Source: an uncultured Acidobacteriota bacterium
GTDB taxonomy: Bacteria > Acidobacteriota > Thermoanaerobaculia > UBA5066
Direction: 5' to 3'
Assembly (NCBI GenBank): GCA_963779415.1
Contig: CAVZYA010000002.1
Span: 1,120,001 to 1,184,000 of the forward strand
DNA: 64,000 nucleotides
The position numbers were made by a program, and so were the translations under genes. The notes below the pieces were generated by a model that saw only the letters and a list, made by a program, of their open reading frames with translations, made no database searches and was not told the origin of the DNA. Positions 20,103 through 29,071 of the stretch are shown piece by piece. Position 1 is the stretch's first letter; every line of letters starts with the position of its first letter.

Positions 20103-20966
20103 ATGAGCGCCAGCCGGAAACCCGTACAGCTTCTCCTCGCCGCCGCTTTCGTCCTCGCCACGAGCGCCGAAGCCCAGGTCGGGAACTCCTATTACGCCCA
20201 GCAGCGCGGGATGAACGAGAGATTCCGGCTGGACATCGGCGGCTTCTTCCAGAAGTTCGACACGACCGTCTCGGTTGAAGGGTCGGACGGACGCCCCGGG
20301 ACCGAAGTCAACCTGGAGGACGTCCTCGGCCAGAACTCCCACCAGACGAACCTCCGGCTGGACGGCTACTGGCGGTTCGGCCCGCACGGGAGCCTCGTCT
20401 TCGGTTACCGGGGATGGCACCGGACAAACGAGCACGTCATCGACCGCGACATCAACATCGGTGACACGACCTATGAGGCCGGTGCGAACGTCTCCACGGA
20501 CAACCGCGTCAACGTCTTCCAGCTCTACTACGCCTACTCGTTCATCAACAACGGCGACATGGAGCTGGGGGCGATGCTCGGCCTCTCGGCCTACTACACG
20601 AAGCTGTCGTTCGAAGCGTCGGGATACGTCATCGGGCCGGGGGGTTCCGTCGGCGCGACGACCGGGAACGAGGCCAAGAACCTCCTCGCGCCGGTTCCGG
20701 GCATCGGGGCTTTCTTCAAGTACACGCTCCTTCCCCGCACCTTCATCTACGCAGAGATCAAGGGGCTCCCGACGGTCACTATCAGCGGCTACAGCGGAAG
20801 CATGATCGACGTCACGGCAGGGCTTGACTACTACTTCACGAAGAATGTCGGCATCGGCGGCGGATACGAGTACTCGAAAATTACGTACCACGGCGCCTCG
20901 ACGCCGCGGGTCGGGATCGACTACAAGTACAGCGGGCCTCTCGTCTACGTGACCATTGCCTTCTGA
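20103..20966 (+). CDS. outer-membrane beta-barrel protein (paralog of 10176-11045)
   Basis: Shares FRxDxGGFFQKFDT, DGYWR, QLYYAYS and YSGP..AF with the 10176 gene. Confidence 0.8.
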   Translation: MSASRKPVQLLLAAAFVLATSAEAQVGNSYYAQQRGMNERFRLDIGGFFQKFDTTVSVEGSDGRPGTEVNLEDVLGQNSHQTNLRLDGYWRFGPHGSLVFGYRGWHRTNEHVIDRDINIGDTTYEAGANVSTDNRVNVFQLYYAYSFINNGDMELGAMLGLSAYYTKLSFEASGYVIGPGGSVGATTGNEAKNLLAPVPGIGAFFKYTLLPRTFIYAEIKGLPTVTISGYSGSMIDVTAGLDYYFTKNVGIGGGYEYSKITYHGASTPRVGIDYKYSGPLVYVTIAF

Positions 20967-20980
20967 CGCGTCCCGGTTCC

Positions 20981-21673
20981 GTGAAGGGGATCCTGGAAGG
21001 GCTGACCCTCTTTCAACGTATTACGTATCCGCAGCACAGGGACCTCTTCGAACGTCTCGCCCGGAAGCAGACGCCGCAGGCCGCGTTCGTCGCCTGCTCC
21101 GACTCGCGCATCGTCCCGAACCTTCTCGTTCAGGCCGAGCCCAGGGACCTCTTCATCGTCCGAAACGCCGGAAACATCGTCCCGCCGGCTGGCTCGGGGT
21201 ACGACGGCACGATCGCGTCGCTGGAGTACGCGATCTTCGAGCTCGGCATCCGCGACGTCATCCTCTGCGGCCAATCGAACTGCGGCGCGATGAAGGGGGT
21301 CCTCCATCCGGAGAAGCTCGACGAGCTGCCGGCCACGCGGCAGTGGGTCGGCTATGCCGAGCCGGCGCGGCGCGCGGTGGAGGCGGCCCATCCCGGGGCC
21401 GACGGCGAGGAGGCGCTGGGTCTCGCCGCGAAGTACAACGTGATCGCCCAGGTCCGGAACATCCTCACCTATCCCCGCATCCGGCCCCTCGTCGAGAGGA
21501 ACGAGCTGGAACTGTACGGATGGGTCTACGACATCGCCACGGGGCACGTGAAGGGTCTCGACGCGAGCGGCCGGAAATTCGTCTCGCTCGGCGGCGACGA
21601 GAAGGGCTCACCCGACGAGCGGCACGTCCTCGCCTCCGTCGAGAACGACGAGGAGTTCTGGGAGAAGCTCTAG
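20981..21673 (+). CDS. beta-class carbonic anhydrase (Zn-ligand His replaced by Gln)
   Basis: CSDSR, RNAGN, SLEYA, GWVYDIATG present; CGQSNCG instead of CGHxxCG. Confidence 0.88.
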   Translation: MKGILEGLTLFQRITYPQHRDLFERLARKQTPQAAFVACSDSRIVPNLLVQAEPRDLFIVRNAGNIVPPAGSGYDGTIASLEYAIFELGIRDVILCGQSNCGAMKGVLHPEKLDELPATRQWVGYAEPARRAVEAAHPGADGEEALGLAAKYNVIAQVRNILTYPRIRPLVERNELELYGWVYDIATGHVKGLDASGRKFVSLGGDEKGSPDERHVLASVENDEEFWEKL

Positions 21674-21920
21674 GAGAGCCGCAGGGCGTCGAGAAAGGCC
21701 CGCGGCGAGACGACCGCGACGCCGTGCCTGAGGCGCGCGGGGAAGTGGCGGAAGTTGTCCGTCACGAGGAACTCCGCTCCGGCCGCGACGGCGACTTCGA
21801 GAAAGGGCTCGTCGCTTTGGTCCGTGAGACGCCCCAGAAGCGGATGCGTCAGGACTTCTTCGCCATCACCTTCGATCTGCTCGAGAAGGCGGGCGACATC
21901 GAGCGGGTCGAAATCTCCAC
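21670..21920 (-). pseudogene. C-terminal fragment of PIN-domain toxin
   Basis: DQSDEPFLEVAVAAGAEFLVTDNFRHFP matches the PIN C-half; no N-terminal DTN motif in frame. Confidence 0.65.
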
Positions 21921-22001
21921 GCCCGCGCCTTCCTTGTCTTTCTGGCGGAAGAGTCCGGCACCGTGACCCGGGTACCGTCCACCGTCTCGCGGCCCTCAGG
22001 C

Positions 22002-22574
22002 CTATTCGAGAGCCTTCGTCAGGAGGTCGGTGACGCCGAGCGTCCGCGCATGGCGCTCGAGGTAGGGGCGGTCGATCGTCCCGGCGCTCATTCGGAGAAC
22101 GCCGAGCACGTCGGACCATTGCCGCTCCGAGCACTCCCCTCCGAGCCGGTACCATTCCAGCTTTGCGAGGACGACGTCTTCCGCCGAAGCGATGGGAACG
22201 CGGATTCCGTCCTCGCCCCCCTCGACAGGCTCCTTCAGGGCGCGGGCGAGAGCCTCCGCATCCCAGGGACGGCCACGCGAGACGAAAACGTCCACCTTCA
22301 TCATCGTCCCGAGATGGACCAGGTTGAAGGACGACCGGTGTGCGATCGCGTCCCGAATCGCCTCCTCGCTCACGTAGTAATCGGGGCGGAAACCCTCCAC
22401 GAGCGCCGACACCTGCTCGATCTGGAGATCGGCCACGAGGTCGACGTCGAGGCTCGCTCGTGCGAGCCCGCGGGCCGAGCTGGCGATTGAGCCCCCGACG
22501 AAGAACCGGATTCCGAGGGAGTCCAGGACCCGGGCCACCGCAGCGAGAGTCTCGACGAGATCGGAACGCTTCAC
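22002..22574 (-). CDS. nucleotidyltransferase-like protein (putative TA component)
   Basis: GGSIAS..RASLDVDL (G[GS]..DxD); EDVVLAKLEW; GTG start overlaps the upstream TGA. Confidence 0.75.
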   Translation of the reverse strand: MKRSDLVETLAAVARVLDSLGIRFFVGGSIASSARGLARASLDVDLVADLQIEQVSALVEGFRPDYYVSEEAIRDAIAHRSSFNLVHLGTMMKVDVFVSRGRPWDAEALARALKEPVEGGEDGIRVPIASAEDVVLAKLEWYRLGGECSERQWSDVLGVLRMSAGTIDRPYLERHARTLGVTDLLTKALE

Positions 22575-22825
22575 GTACGCCGAGCCAGATCCGCGCGCAC
22601 CGCCCGTGCGAGCTCTTCCCCGTAGGAGAGAGCGACGAAACGGAGGCCGACTTCCCGTTCCGTGAATCCTGGATTCGCCCTTCGAATGGCGCGTCTCGAG
22701 AGCGCGCAAACGGACTCGCTGAGCGACAGCGCCAGGGAAAGCCTCCGCGCGGGGCTCGCGCGCCGGAGAAGCTCGATCTGGACAGCCTCGGCCTCGGGTC
22801 GCGTGTCGGAGACGATGGTCGGCAT
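22571..22825 (-). CDS. small helical protein, putative antitoxin partner
   Basis: SDTRPEAEAVQIELLRRASPARRL; GTGA coupling to the NTase gene. Confidence 0.7.
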   Translation of the reverse strand: MPTIVSDTRPEAEAVQIELLRRASPARRLSLALSLSESVCALSRRAIRRANPGFTEREVGLRFVALSYGEELARAVRADLARRT

Positions 22826-22863
22826 CCGTCCGCGATTCTATGGCCGAACGGGGGCCGCCGCGC

Positions 22864-24969
22864 TCAGTACGCGAGCGTCTTCCGGACCGCCTCGAGCAGT
22901 TTCTCGGTCGAGGGAAGGACGGCCCGCTCGAGGATCCGGCTGAATCCGACGGGAGTGAAGGCCGAGCCGACGCGCTCGACGGGGGCGTCGAGATGCGCGA
23001 AGAGCTCCGAGGCGATCCGGGCCGCGATCTCGCCGCCGAACCCTCCGTGGACCTTGTCTTCGTGGGCGATGACGACCCGCGAGGTCTTCCTCACGGAAGC
23101 CGCGATCGCCTCGAAGTCGAGCGGGACGAGCGACCGGAGGTCGATCACCTCCACTTCCGTCCCCTCCGTCGAGAGCGTCGAGGCCACCTCCAGCGCGTGG
23201 TGGACCGGAGTGCCGTAGGCCAGGATCGTCAGGTGCCGTCCCTCGCGGCGGCGGCGCGCCTTTCCGAAAGGCACGGCGAAGCCGCGCGGGATGCGGGCGC
23301 GCGCCGTCGGGAGGTTGTAGAGGTACTTCGGCTCCAGAAAGAGCGTGAGCCCCCTCGAGCGGATCGCCGTCCGAAGCAGCCCCGCCGCGTCATCGGCGAA
23401 GGACGGCACGACGATCCGGATCCCCGGGAGCGTCGTCAGCCACCCTTCGATGTTCTGCGAATGGTAAAGGCCGCCGCCGATGTAGCCGCCGGAGGCGAGC
23501 CGGACCGTCACGTTCGGGACGAACTGCCCGTTCGACCGCCAGTAGTCGTGGGACATCTCCACCATCTGCTCGGCCGCAGGCCAGAAGTAGTCGGCGAACT
23601 CGGCTCCCTCGACGACGATTCGGATCTTCTCGGAGAGGCGCGAGAAGCCCCCGGCCGTTCCGAGGATGAAGTCCTCGGCGATGGGGGCGTTGAAGACCCG
23701 CCGTTCGCCGAACTCCTGCTGCATCCCCTTCGTGACGTTGAAGACGCCCCCCTTGTCCTTGTTCGCGATGTCCTGTCCCCAGAGGAACGCGTCGGGGTTC
23801 TCGCGGAACGTCTCTTTCAGCGCCGTGTTGATCGACTGGAGCATCGTCATCTCCGGCGCCGTGTCGGATGCGGGGGTCACGTCGACCGAGGCGAGACCGT
23901 CCCCTTCCGGGACCCAGGGCGCGGGGGAGACGAAGTCGAAGATCGACTCCGCTTTCGGGTCGGGAGCCTTGCGGGCACGGTCCGTGGCGTCGTCGTAGGA
24001 CTTCTGGTTCCGCGCCTCGACCTCCGCGATCTCCTCCTCGGAGAAGGCGCCCCCTTCGACGAGGAGGCGGCGGAGCCGCGGGAGCGGGTCGCGCGCCTTC
24101 GCGGCGGCCAGCTCCTCGGCCGAGCGGTAGAGTTCGTGGCGGTCGGAGTTGGAGTGCGAATGGATCCGGACGCAGTCGGCGTGGACGATCGCGGCGCCGG
24201 CGCCCGTCCCGAGGAAGGCCACGGCCTCCCGCATCGCGCGGACCGAGTCGAAGAGGTCCGTCCCGTCGCAATGGAGGATCCGGAGGTTCAGGAACCCCCG
24301 GAAATTGTCGGAGGCGAAGAGGTTCGCCGTCTGGTCCCGCTTCGGCACCGAGATGCCGTAGCCGTTGTCCTGGACGACGAAGACGACGGGAAGCTTCTCC
24401 TTCGAGGCACCGTTCACGGCCTCGTAGAAGTAACCCTCGGAGGTCGACGACTCGCCGGTCGAGCAGTAGACGATCTCCGAGCGGCCGTACGCCTTGACCG
24501 CGCGGGCGAGCCCGACTGCGTGGAGGGCGTGGTTCGAGACGGAGGAGGAGACGTTCTGGATCCGGAGCGCGAACTTCGCGAAGTGGTTCGACATGTGCCG
24601 GCCGCCGGAGGCGAGGTCGGTCGCCTTCGACATCCCGTTGAGGAGGATCTCCTCCGGCGTGATCCCGGCCGCGAGGCAGGTCGCGAGGTCGCGGTAGTAC
24701 GGGAAGAGCCAGTCGCGCCCAGGCCGGAAGGTCGTGCCGAGGGCGATCTGGATCCCGTCGTGACCGGCGCAGGGAGCGTGGTACGACCAGCCGAGCCCCT
24801 GCTTGAGATAGTTCGGCGCCTTGTCGTCGAGAAGACGCGCCATGTGCATCAACGCAAACCACCGCCGAAGCTCCTCGCGGCTCGGCGAGAGGAGCGCCAG
24901 TGCGGAAGAGATCGCCGCCGCGGCCCCCGAGGACGAAGACGGCGGGGCGGCAAGAAGAGGATCGCGCAC
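22864..24969 (-). CDS. 2-oxoacid dehydrogenase E1 alpha/beta fusion protein
   Basis: PYYRD, TPP motif variant GESSTSEG..N, VFNAPIAE, YHSQ, EPKYLY, IDLRSLVPLD; GGAGG RBS before GTG. Confidence 0.92.
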   Translation of the reverse strand: MRDPLLAAPPSSSSGAAAAISSALALLSPSREELRRWFALMHMARLLDDKAPNYLKQGLGWSYHAPCAGHDGIQIALGTTFRPGRDWLFPYYRDLATCLAAGITPEEILLNGMSKATDLASGGRHMSNHFAKFALRIQNVSSSVSNHALHAVGLARAVKAYGRSEIVYCSTGESSTSEGYFYEAVNGASKEKLPVVFVVQDNGYGISVPKRDQTANLFASDNFRGFLNLRILHCDGTDLFDSVRAMREAVAFLGTGAGAAIVHADCVRIHSHSNSDRHELYRSAEELAAAKARDPLPRLRRLLVEGGAFSEEEIAEVEARNQKSYDDATDRARKAPDPKAESIFDFVSPAPWVPEGDGLASVDVTPASDTAPEMTMLQSINTALKETFRENPDAFLWGQDIANKDKGGVFNVTKGMQQEFGERRVFNAPIAEDFILGTAGGFSRLSEKIRIVVEGAEFADYFWPAAEQMVEMSHDYWRSNGQFVPNVTVRLASGGYIGGGLYHSQNIEGWLTTLPGIRIVVPSFADDAAGLLRTAIRSRGLTLFLEPKYLYNLPTARARIPRGFAVPFGKARRRREGRHLTILAYGTPVHHALEVASTLSTEGTEVEVIDLRSLVPLDFEAIAASVRKTSRVVIAHEDKVHGGFGGEIAARIASELFAHLDAPVERVGSAFTPVGFSRILERAVLPSTEKLLEAVRKTLAY

Positions 24970-25144
24970 CAATACCTCCGGATTCGGCGGTCGCGGTGAT
25001 CGCGAACGGCCGGGCAACCTGACGGAATCTTACGTCATCTGACGGGGAGTCCGGCCGCGGTTCGGATAGAATCCGGCCCCCCGCCACCTGACGGCGCCCC
25101 GAAGAGGCTCGCCCCGGGAAGACATGCGGGAAGGAGTCCGATCC

Positions 25145-26638
25145 GTGCCCGAAACCGCCGCTACGACGACCGTTCTGGAGACCCTCGAAGCCGCCGACCG
25201 CCGTGCCTTCGAGGACGCACTGAAAGCCGACGACGCCTCCTCGAAGAAGAAGCTCGTGGAAGGCGAAACCGTCCTCGGCGTGATCGCCGGCATCACCCCC
25301 GACATCGTCCTCGTGTCGCTCGGGGGGAAGACCGAAGCGCTCATGGAGAAGGCCGAGCTGGAGGGGCTCAAGGTCGGCGACCGGGTGGAAGCCGTCGTCG
25401 TGAAGGCCGGTCCGGATGTGCGGCTCTCCCGCCGCCTCGCCCTCGGGCAGCGGACGCGGGCCGAGCTGCGCGCCGCGGCGAGCGCCCGGATCCCCGTGCA
25501 GGGGAAGGTGAGCTCCCGGAACAAGGGGGGGTTCGAGGTGATCCTCGGCGGCTCGTCGGGGCTGCGCGCCTTCTGTCCGGTCTCGCAGATCGACATCGGC
25601 CGGCACGAAGAAGAGGAGCTGAAGGCCCACCTCGGTCAGAGCTACGACTTCCGGATCCTCGAGTACACCGAGGACGGCCGGCGGATCGTCGTCTCGCGGG
25701 CGGCGCTCCTTCGCGAGGAGCAGGAAGCTCACGCCGCGGAGGCGCGGGAGAAGGTCGTGCCGGGCGCGGTCCTCCACGGCAAGATCCGCTCGATCACGGA
25801 CTTCGGCGCCTTCGTGGACCTCGGCGGGATCGACGGCCTCGTCCACGTGACGGAGATCTCGCGTCGCCGCATCGCGCACACGAAGGACGCTCTCACCGTC
25901 GGCCAGGAGGTCGACGTGAAGGTCCTCAGGATCGAGCAGGACGGGAAGAGGATCTCTCTCTCGATGAGGGAGCTGGAGGCGGACCCCTGGGAGGGGATCA
26001 CCTCGCACCTCGCGCCCGGCGCTCCCTTCTCGGGGAAGGTCGCCCGGCATGCCGACTTCGGCCTCTTCGTCGAGATCGAGCCGGGCGTCGACGGCCTCGT
26101 CCACGTGTCGCAGCTCCCGCCCGGCCTCACGCTGAAGGATGCCGCGGTCGCCGTCGGCGAGACGGTCACCGGCTGGGTGAAGGAGATCGATCTGGGCCAC
26201 CACCGGATCTCCCTGACCCTTCGCGAGGTGGCGACGGCCGACCCGTGGGAAGGGATCGAGGCGCGTTTCGGCGAGGGGACGCTCGCGAGCGGCGAGGTCG
26301 AGAACGTGGCCGCGTTCGGTGTCTTCGTCCACCTCGCGCCCGGACTCACCGGCCTGATCCCGAACTCGGAGACGGGCCTTCCCCACGGCACGCCGGCGAC
26401 GAAGAGCTTTTCCCCGGGGCAGAAGGTCGAGGTGAAGATCATCGGCCTCGACACGAAGCGGCGGCGGATCTCCCTCTCGGTGGCGGGCGCGAAGGCCGAC
26501 GCCGACCGTGTGGACCTGAAGCGCTACCGCGAGGACTCGGCGAAGCGCGAGAAGGAGAAGGCTCCCGCCGTCACCAACTTCGGCGCCTCGCTCCTCGCCG
26601 CGCTCGGAAGCCCGAAGAGCAGGCAGCTCCGAAAGTAG
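25145..26638 (+). CDS. multi-S1-domain protein (ribosomal protein S1-like)
   Basis: About five S1 repeats (AFCPVSQID, FGAFVDLGGIDGLVHVTEI, RISLS..DPW). Confidence 0.88.
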   Translation: MPETAATTTVLETLEAADRRAFEDALKADDASSKKKLVEGETVLGVIAGITPDIVLVSLGGKTEALMEKAELEGLKVGDRVEAVVVKAGPDVRLSRRLALGQRTRAELRAAASARIPVQGKVSSRNKGGFEVILGGSSGLRAFCPVSQIDIGRHEEEELKAHLGQSYDFRILEYTEDGRRIVVSRAALLREEQEAHAAEAREKVVPGAVLHGKIRSITDFGAFVDLGGIDGLVHVTEISRRRIAHTKDALTVGQEVDVKVLRIEQDGKRISLSMRELEADPWEGITSHLAPGAPFSGKVARHADFGLFVEIEPGVDGLVHVSQLPPGLTLKDAAVAVGETVTGWVKEIDLGHHRISLTLREVATADPWEGIEARFGEGTLASGEVENVAAFGVFVHLAPGLTGLIPNSETGLPHGTPATKSFSPGQKVEVKIIGLDTKRRRISLSVAGAKADADRVDLKRYREDSAKREKEKAPAVTNFGASLLAALGSPKSRQLRK

Positions 26639-26692
26639 GCGCCACGCGCTCCCGGCTCGCCGGGACGTGATAGCGTTTCCCCGCGTTCTTTC

Positions 26693-26908
26693 AAATCGTT
26701 CTCGGGTTCCCCCTTCCTCCGGGGGACCAGCCGCCATGCGCGGCCAAGAGGGAAGCGGGTGAGATTCCCGCGCGGCCCCCGCCACTGTGACCGGGGACGC
26801 GACGGACACGATCCCACTGGAGACGAGAAATCGGGCGGCGCCCGGTGGCGTCTCCGGGAAGGGGTCCGATCGCGGACGATCCGGGAGCCAGGAGACCTGC
26901 CCGGGGAC
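26693..26908 (+). ncRNA. cobalamin riboswitch
   Basis: AAGAGGGAAgcGGGTGAGATTCCCGcgCgGCCCCCGCCACTGTGA...GGGAAGG...GAGCCAGGAGACCTGCC directly upstream of a TonB receptor. Confidence 0.93.
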
Positions 26909-27026
26909 ATTGCATTCGCCTCGCCTTCTCCGGGGCTCGGGAGGGATGGGCCGCGCTCCGGGCGCACCCGGGACGCCGCCCTCTCCCTTCCGATGGGAAG
27001 ACGCGGCCGTCGCCCGGAGGGTCCCG

Positions 27027-28883
27027 ATGCTCCCATCCCTCTTTTCCAGGTTCCGCCGCACTCTCGCGGTCTTCGTTCTTATCGTCCCTTTCCCGCTCCT
27101 CGCCCAGTCGGTGCCGCCGGTCGAGGCCGAGCTGGTCGTCACGGCCGGCACCGAGCCGGAGCCGCGTCGGACCCTCGGCGTCGCCGCCACGGTCATCGAC
27201 ACAGACGAGATCGAGCGGTCGAAGGGGACCTCTCTCGCGGACATTCTGCGGACGGTTCCGGGGCTCGACGTCGTCCAGTCGGGCGGCGCGGGGACCGTGA
27301 CCTCCCTCTTTCTCCGCGGGACGAACTCCACGCAGGCGCTCGTCCTCGTGGACGGCGTCAAGCTGAACAGCCCGTTCTTCGGCGGCGCGGACATCTCCTC
27401 TCTCTCCACCGCGAACCTCGAGAAGGTGGAGATCGTGCGCGGCCCGTTCTCCGCTCTCTGGGGCTCGGAAGCGATCGGGGGGGTCGTGCAGCTCTTCTCC
27501 CGGCACGACGCGGGGGAGAAGGGGTTCGAGGGGCGGGTCACGGGAGCGCTCGGCAACGGCGCGGCGATGCAGGGGACGGCCGACGTGGCGGTCCGGGCCG
27601 GCGCGGTCACGCTCACGGGCGGCTTCCGGCGGGCGACCGAGGACGGCGCCCTCCCGAACGAGTTCTTCGCCGTGACGAATCTCTCGGGGGGCGTGGAGGT
27701 CGCGCTCGGAGAGGGCTCGCACGCGGGCGTCGTCCTCCGCCGCGACTCGGGGGTGACGGGAATCCCGTTTTCCGACGGAGTGCCCACGCCGTACCGCAAG
27801 ACGACGGCCGAGACGACGACGCTCGCCCTCCCGGTCTCCATCGCCCTCGACGCGAAGAGCTCCCTCGAGGCGTCCTTTCTCGCTTCGCGGGACCGGCCCG
27901 GATTTTCCGATCCGGCCGACCCGTACGGCTACACGGAGTCCCAGACCGACGCGAGGCGGGTCGGCGGGCGCCTCGTCCTCTCGCGCGATTTCGGCGCGAA
28001 CCGCCTCTCGGTCGGGAGCGATTACGAGCGGACGAGCGTCCGGAGCGCCGACAGCTACGGCGTCTCCTTGGACGGCGAGACGACGGGGAACTTCTCACTC
28101 TTCGCCGAGGACCGCCTCTCGCTCGATCGCGACCGTCTCGTCGTGACGGCGGGCCTCCGCCGGGACGAGCAGAGCGCGTTCGGAGCGGCGTGGTCGCCGC
28201 GCGGGACGGTCGTCTATCTCGTGACGCCGGCTCTCAAGCTCCGGGCCGCCGGCGGCGCGGCCTTCCGGTCGCCGACGACGGGGGAGCTCTACTACCCGTT
28301 CTCGGGAAACCCCGATCTCAGGCCGGAGCGCTCCGCGAGCTTCGAGGCCGGCGTCGAGATTGCCATCGCGAGCGGGCTCTGGTTCGAGACGACCGTTTTC
28401 CGGAACGACGTCCGCGACCTGATCCAGTACGACCCGCAGAGATTCACGAACGAGAACGTCGGGCGCGCCCGGACGCAGGGCGTCGAGACGGTCCTCCGCG
28501 GCGAACTCGGCGGCGGATTCACCGCCCGCGCGTCCTACACGTATCTCGTCGCGACGGACCTCGAGACCGGGAACCCTCTTCTGCGGCGACCTAAGAACTC
28601 CGTCTCGGCCACGGTGGGACGTTCGTTCGGGTCCGGTGCCTCCGCCGAGCTCTCGGGGACCTGGGTCGGAAGCCGTCTCGACGGGGACGCGATCGACTTC
28701 ACGAAAGTCGTCGAGATGCCGGCCTATCTCCGGGTCGACGCGGCGGCGACCCTCCCGCGCCTTCTCGGATACGTCTCCCCGTACGTGAGGGTCACGAACC
28801 TCCTCGGGGCCTCGTACGCGGAAGTGAGCGGCTTTCCGGCCCCCGGGCGGCGGTTCCTCGCCGGGATCGAGGCGAGCTTCTAG
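27027..28883 (+). CDS. btuB: TonB-dependent vitamin B12 receptor
   Basis: TonB box LVVTAG, plug FLRGTNS..LVLVDGVKLN, EKVEIVRGP, GNPDLRPE, C-terminal F; cobalamin riboswitch upstream. Confidence 0.88.
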   Translation: MLPSLFSRFRRTLAVFVLIVPFPLLAQSVPPVEAELVVTAGTEPEPRRTLGVAATVIDTDEIERSKGTSLADILRTVPGLDVVQSGGAGTVTSLFLRGTNSTQALVLVDGVKLNSPFFGGADISSLSTANLEKVEIVRGPFSALWGSEAIGGVVQLFSRHDAGEKGFEGRVTGALGNGAAMQGTADVAVRAGAVTLTGGFRRATEDGALPNEFFAVTNLSGGVEVALGEGSHAGVVLRRDSGVTGIPFSDGVPTPYRKTTAETTTLALPVSIALDAKSSLEASFLASRDRPGFSDPADPYGYTESQTDARRVGGRLVLSRDFGANRLSVGSDYERTSVRSADSYGVSLDGETTGNFSLFAEDRLSLDRDRLVVTAGLRRDEQSAFGAAWSPRGTVVYLVTPALKLRAAGGAAFRSPTTGELYYPFSGNPDLRPERSASFEAGVEIAIASGLWFETTVFRNDVRDLIQYDPQRFTNENVGRARTQGVETVLRGELGGGFTARASYTYLVATDLETGNPLLRRPKNSVSATVGRSFGSGASAELSGTWVGSRLDGDAIDFTKVVEMPAYLRVDAAATLPRLLGYVSPYVRVTNLLGASYAEVSGFPAPGRRFLAGIEASF

Positions 28884-28908
28884 ATCTCCATGCGCGAGCG
28901 GCTCCGGT

Positions 28909-28937
28909 TTGACGTCCCGCGCAGCGGGTGCTACCTT
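28909..28937 (+). promoter_or_regulatory. sigma-70 promoter for tRNA-Ala
   Basis: TTGACG-17 bp-TACCTT with TGn extension, 16 bp before the tRNA. Confidence 0.65.
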
Positions 28938-28953
28938 TCGCCTCCATCCGAGT

Positions 28954-29030
28954 GGGGCTGTAGCTCAGTTTGGGAGAGCGCCTGAATGGCATTCAGGAGG
29001 TCGACGGTTCGATCCCGTTCAGCTCCACCA
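28954..29030 (+). tRNA. tRNA-Ala(GGC)
   Basis: GGGGCTG acceptor with G3:U70; anticodon arm CCTGA-ATGGCAT-TCAGG; GGTTCGATCCC; encoded CCA. Confidence 0.97.
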
Positions 29031-29049
29031 TTGATTCTAAAAGACTTAT

Positions 29050-29071
29050 AGCCGCCCCGCGAGGGGCGGCT
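29050..29071 (+). terminator. hairpin downstream of tRNA
   Basis: AGCCGCCCC-GCGA-GGGGCGGCT; no poly-T tail. Confidence 0.5.

Noticed and set aside
23390-27841. 1483-aa minus-strand ORF and other long overlapping ORFs (e.g. 52789-55566, 34291-36822, 37912-40008)
   Set aside because: Shadow frames of high-GC genes; they overlap motif-bearing CDSs and have no recognisable domains.
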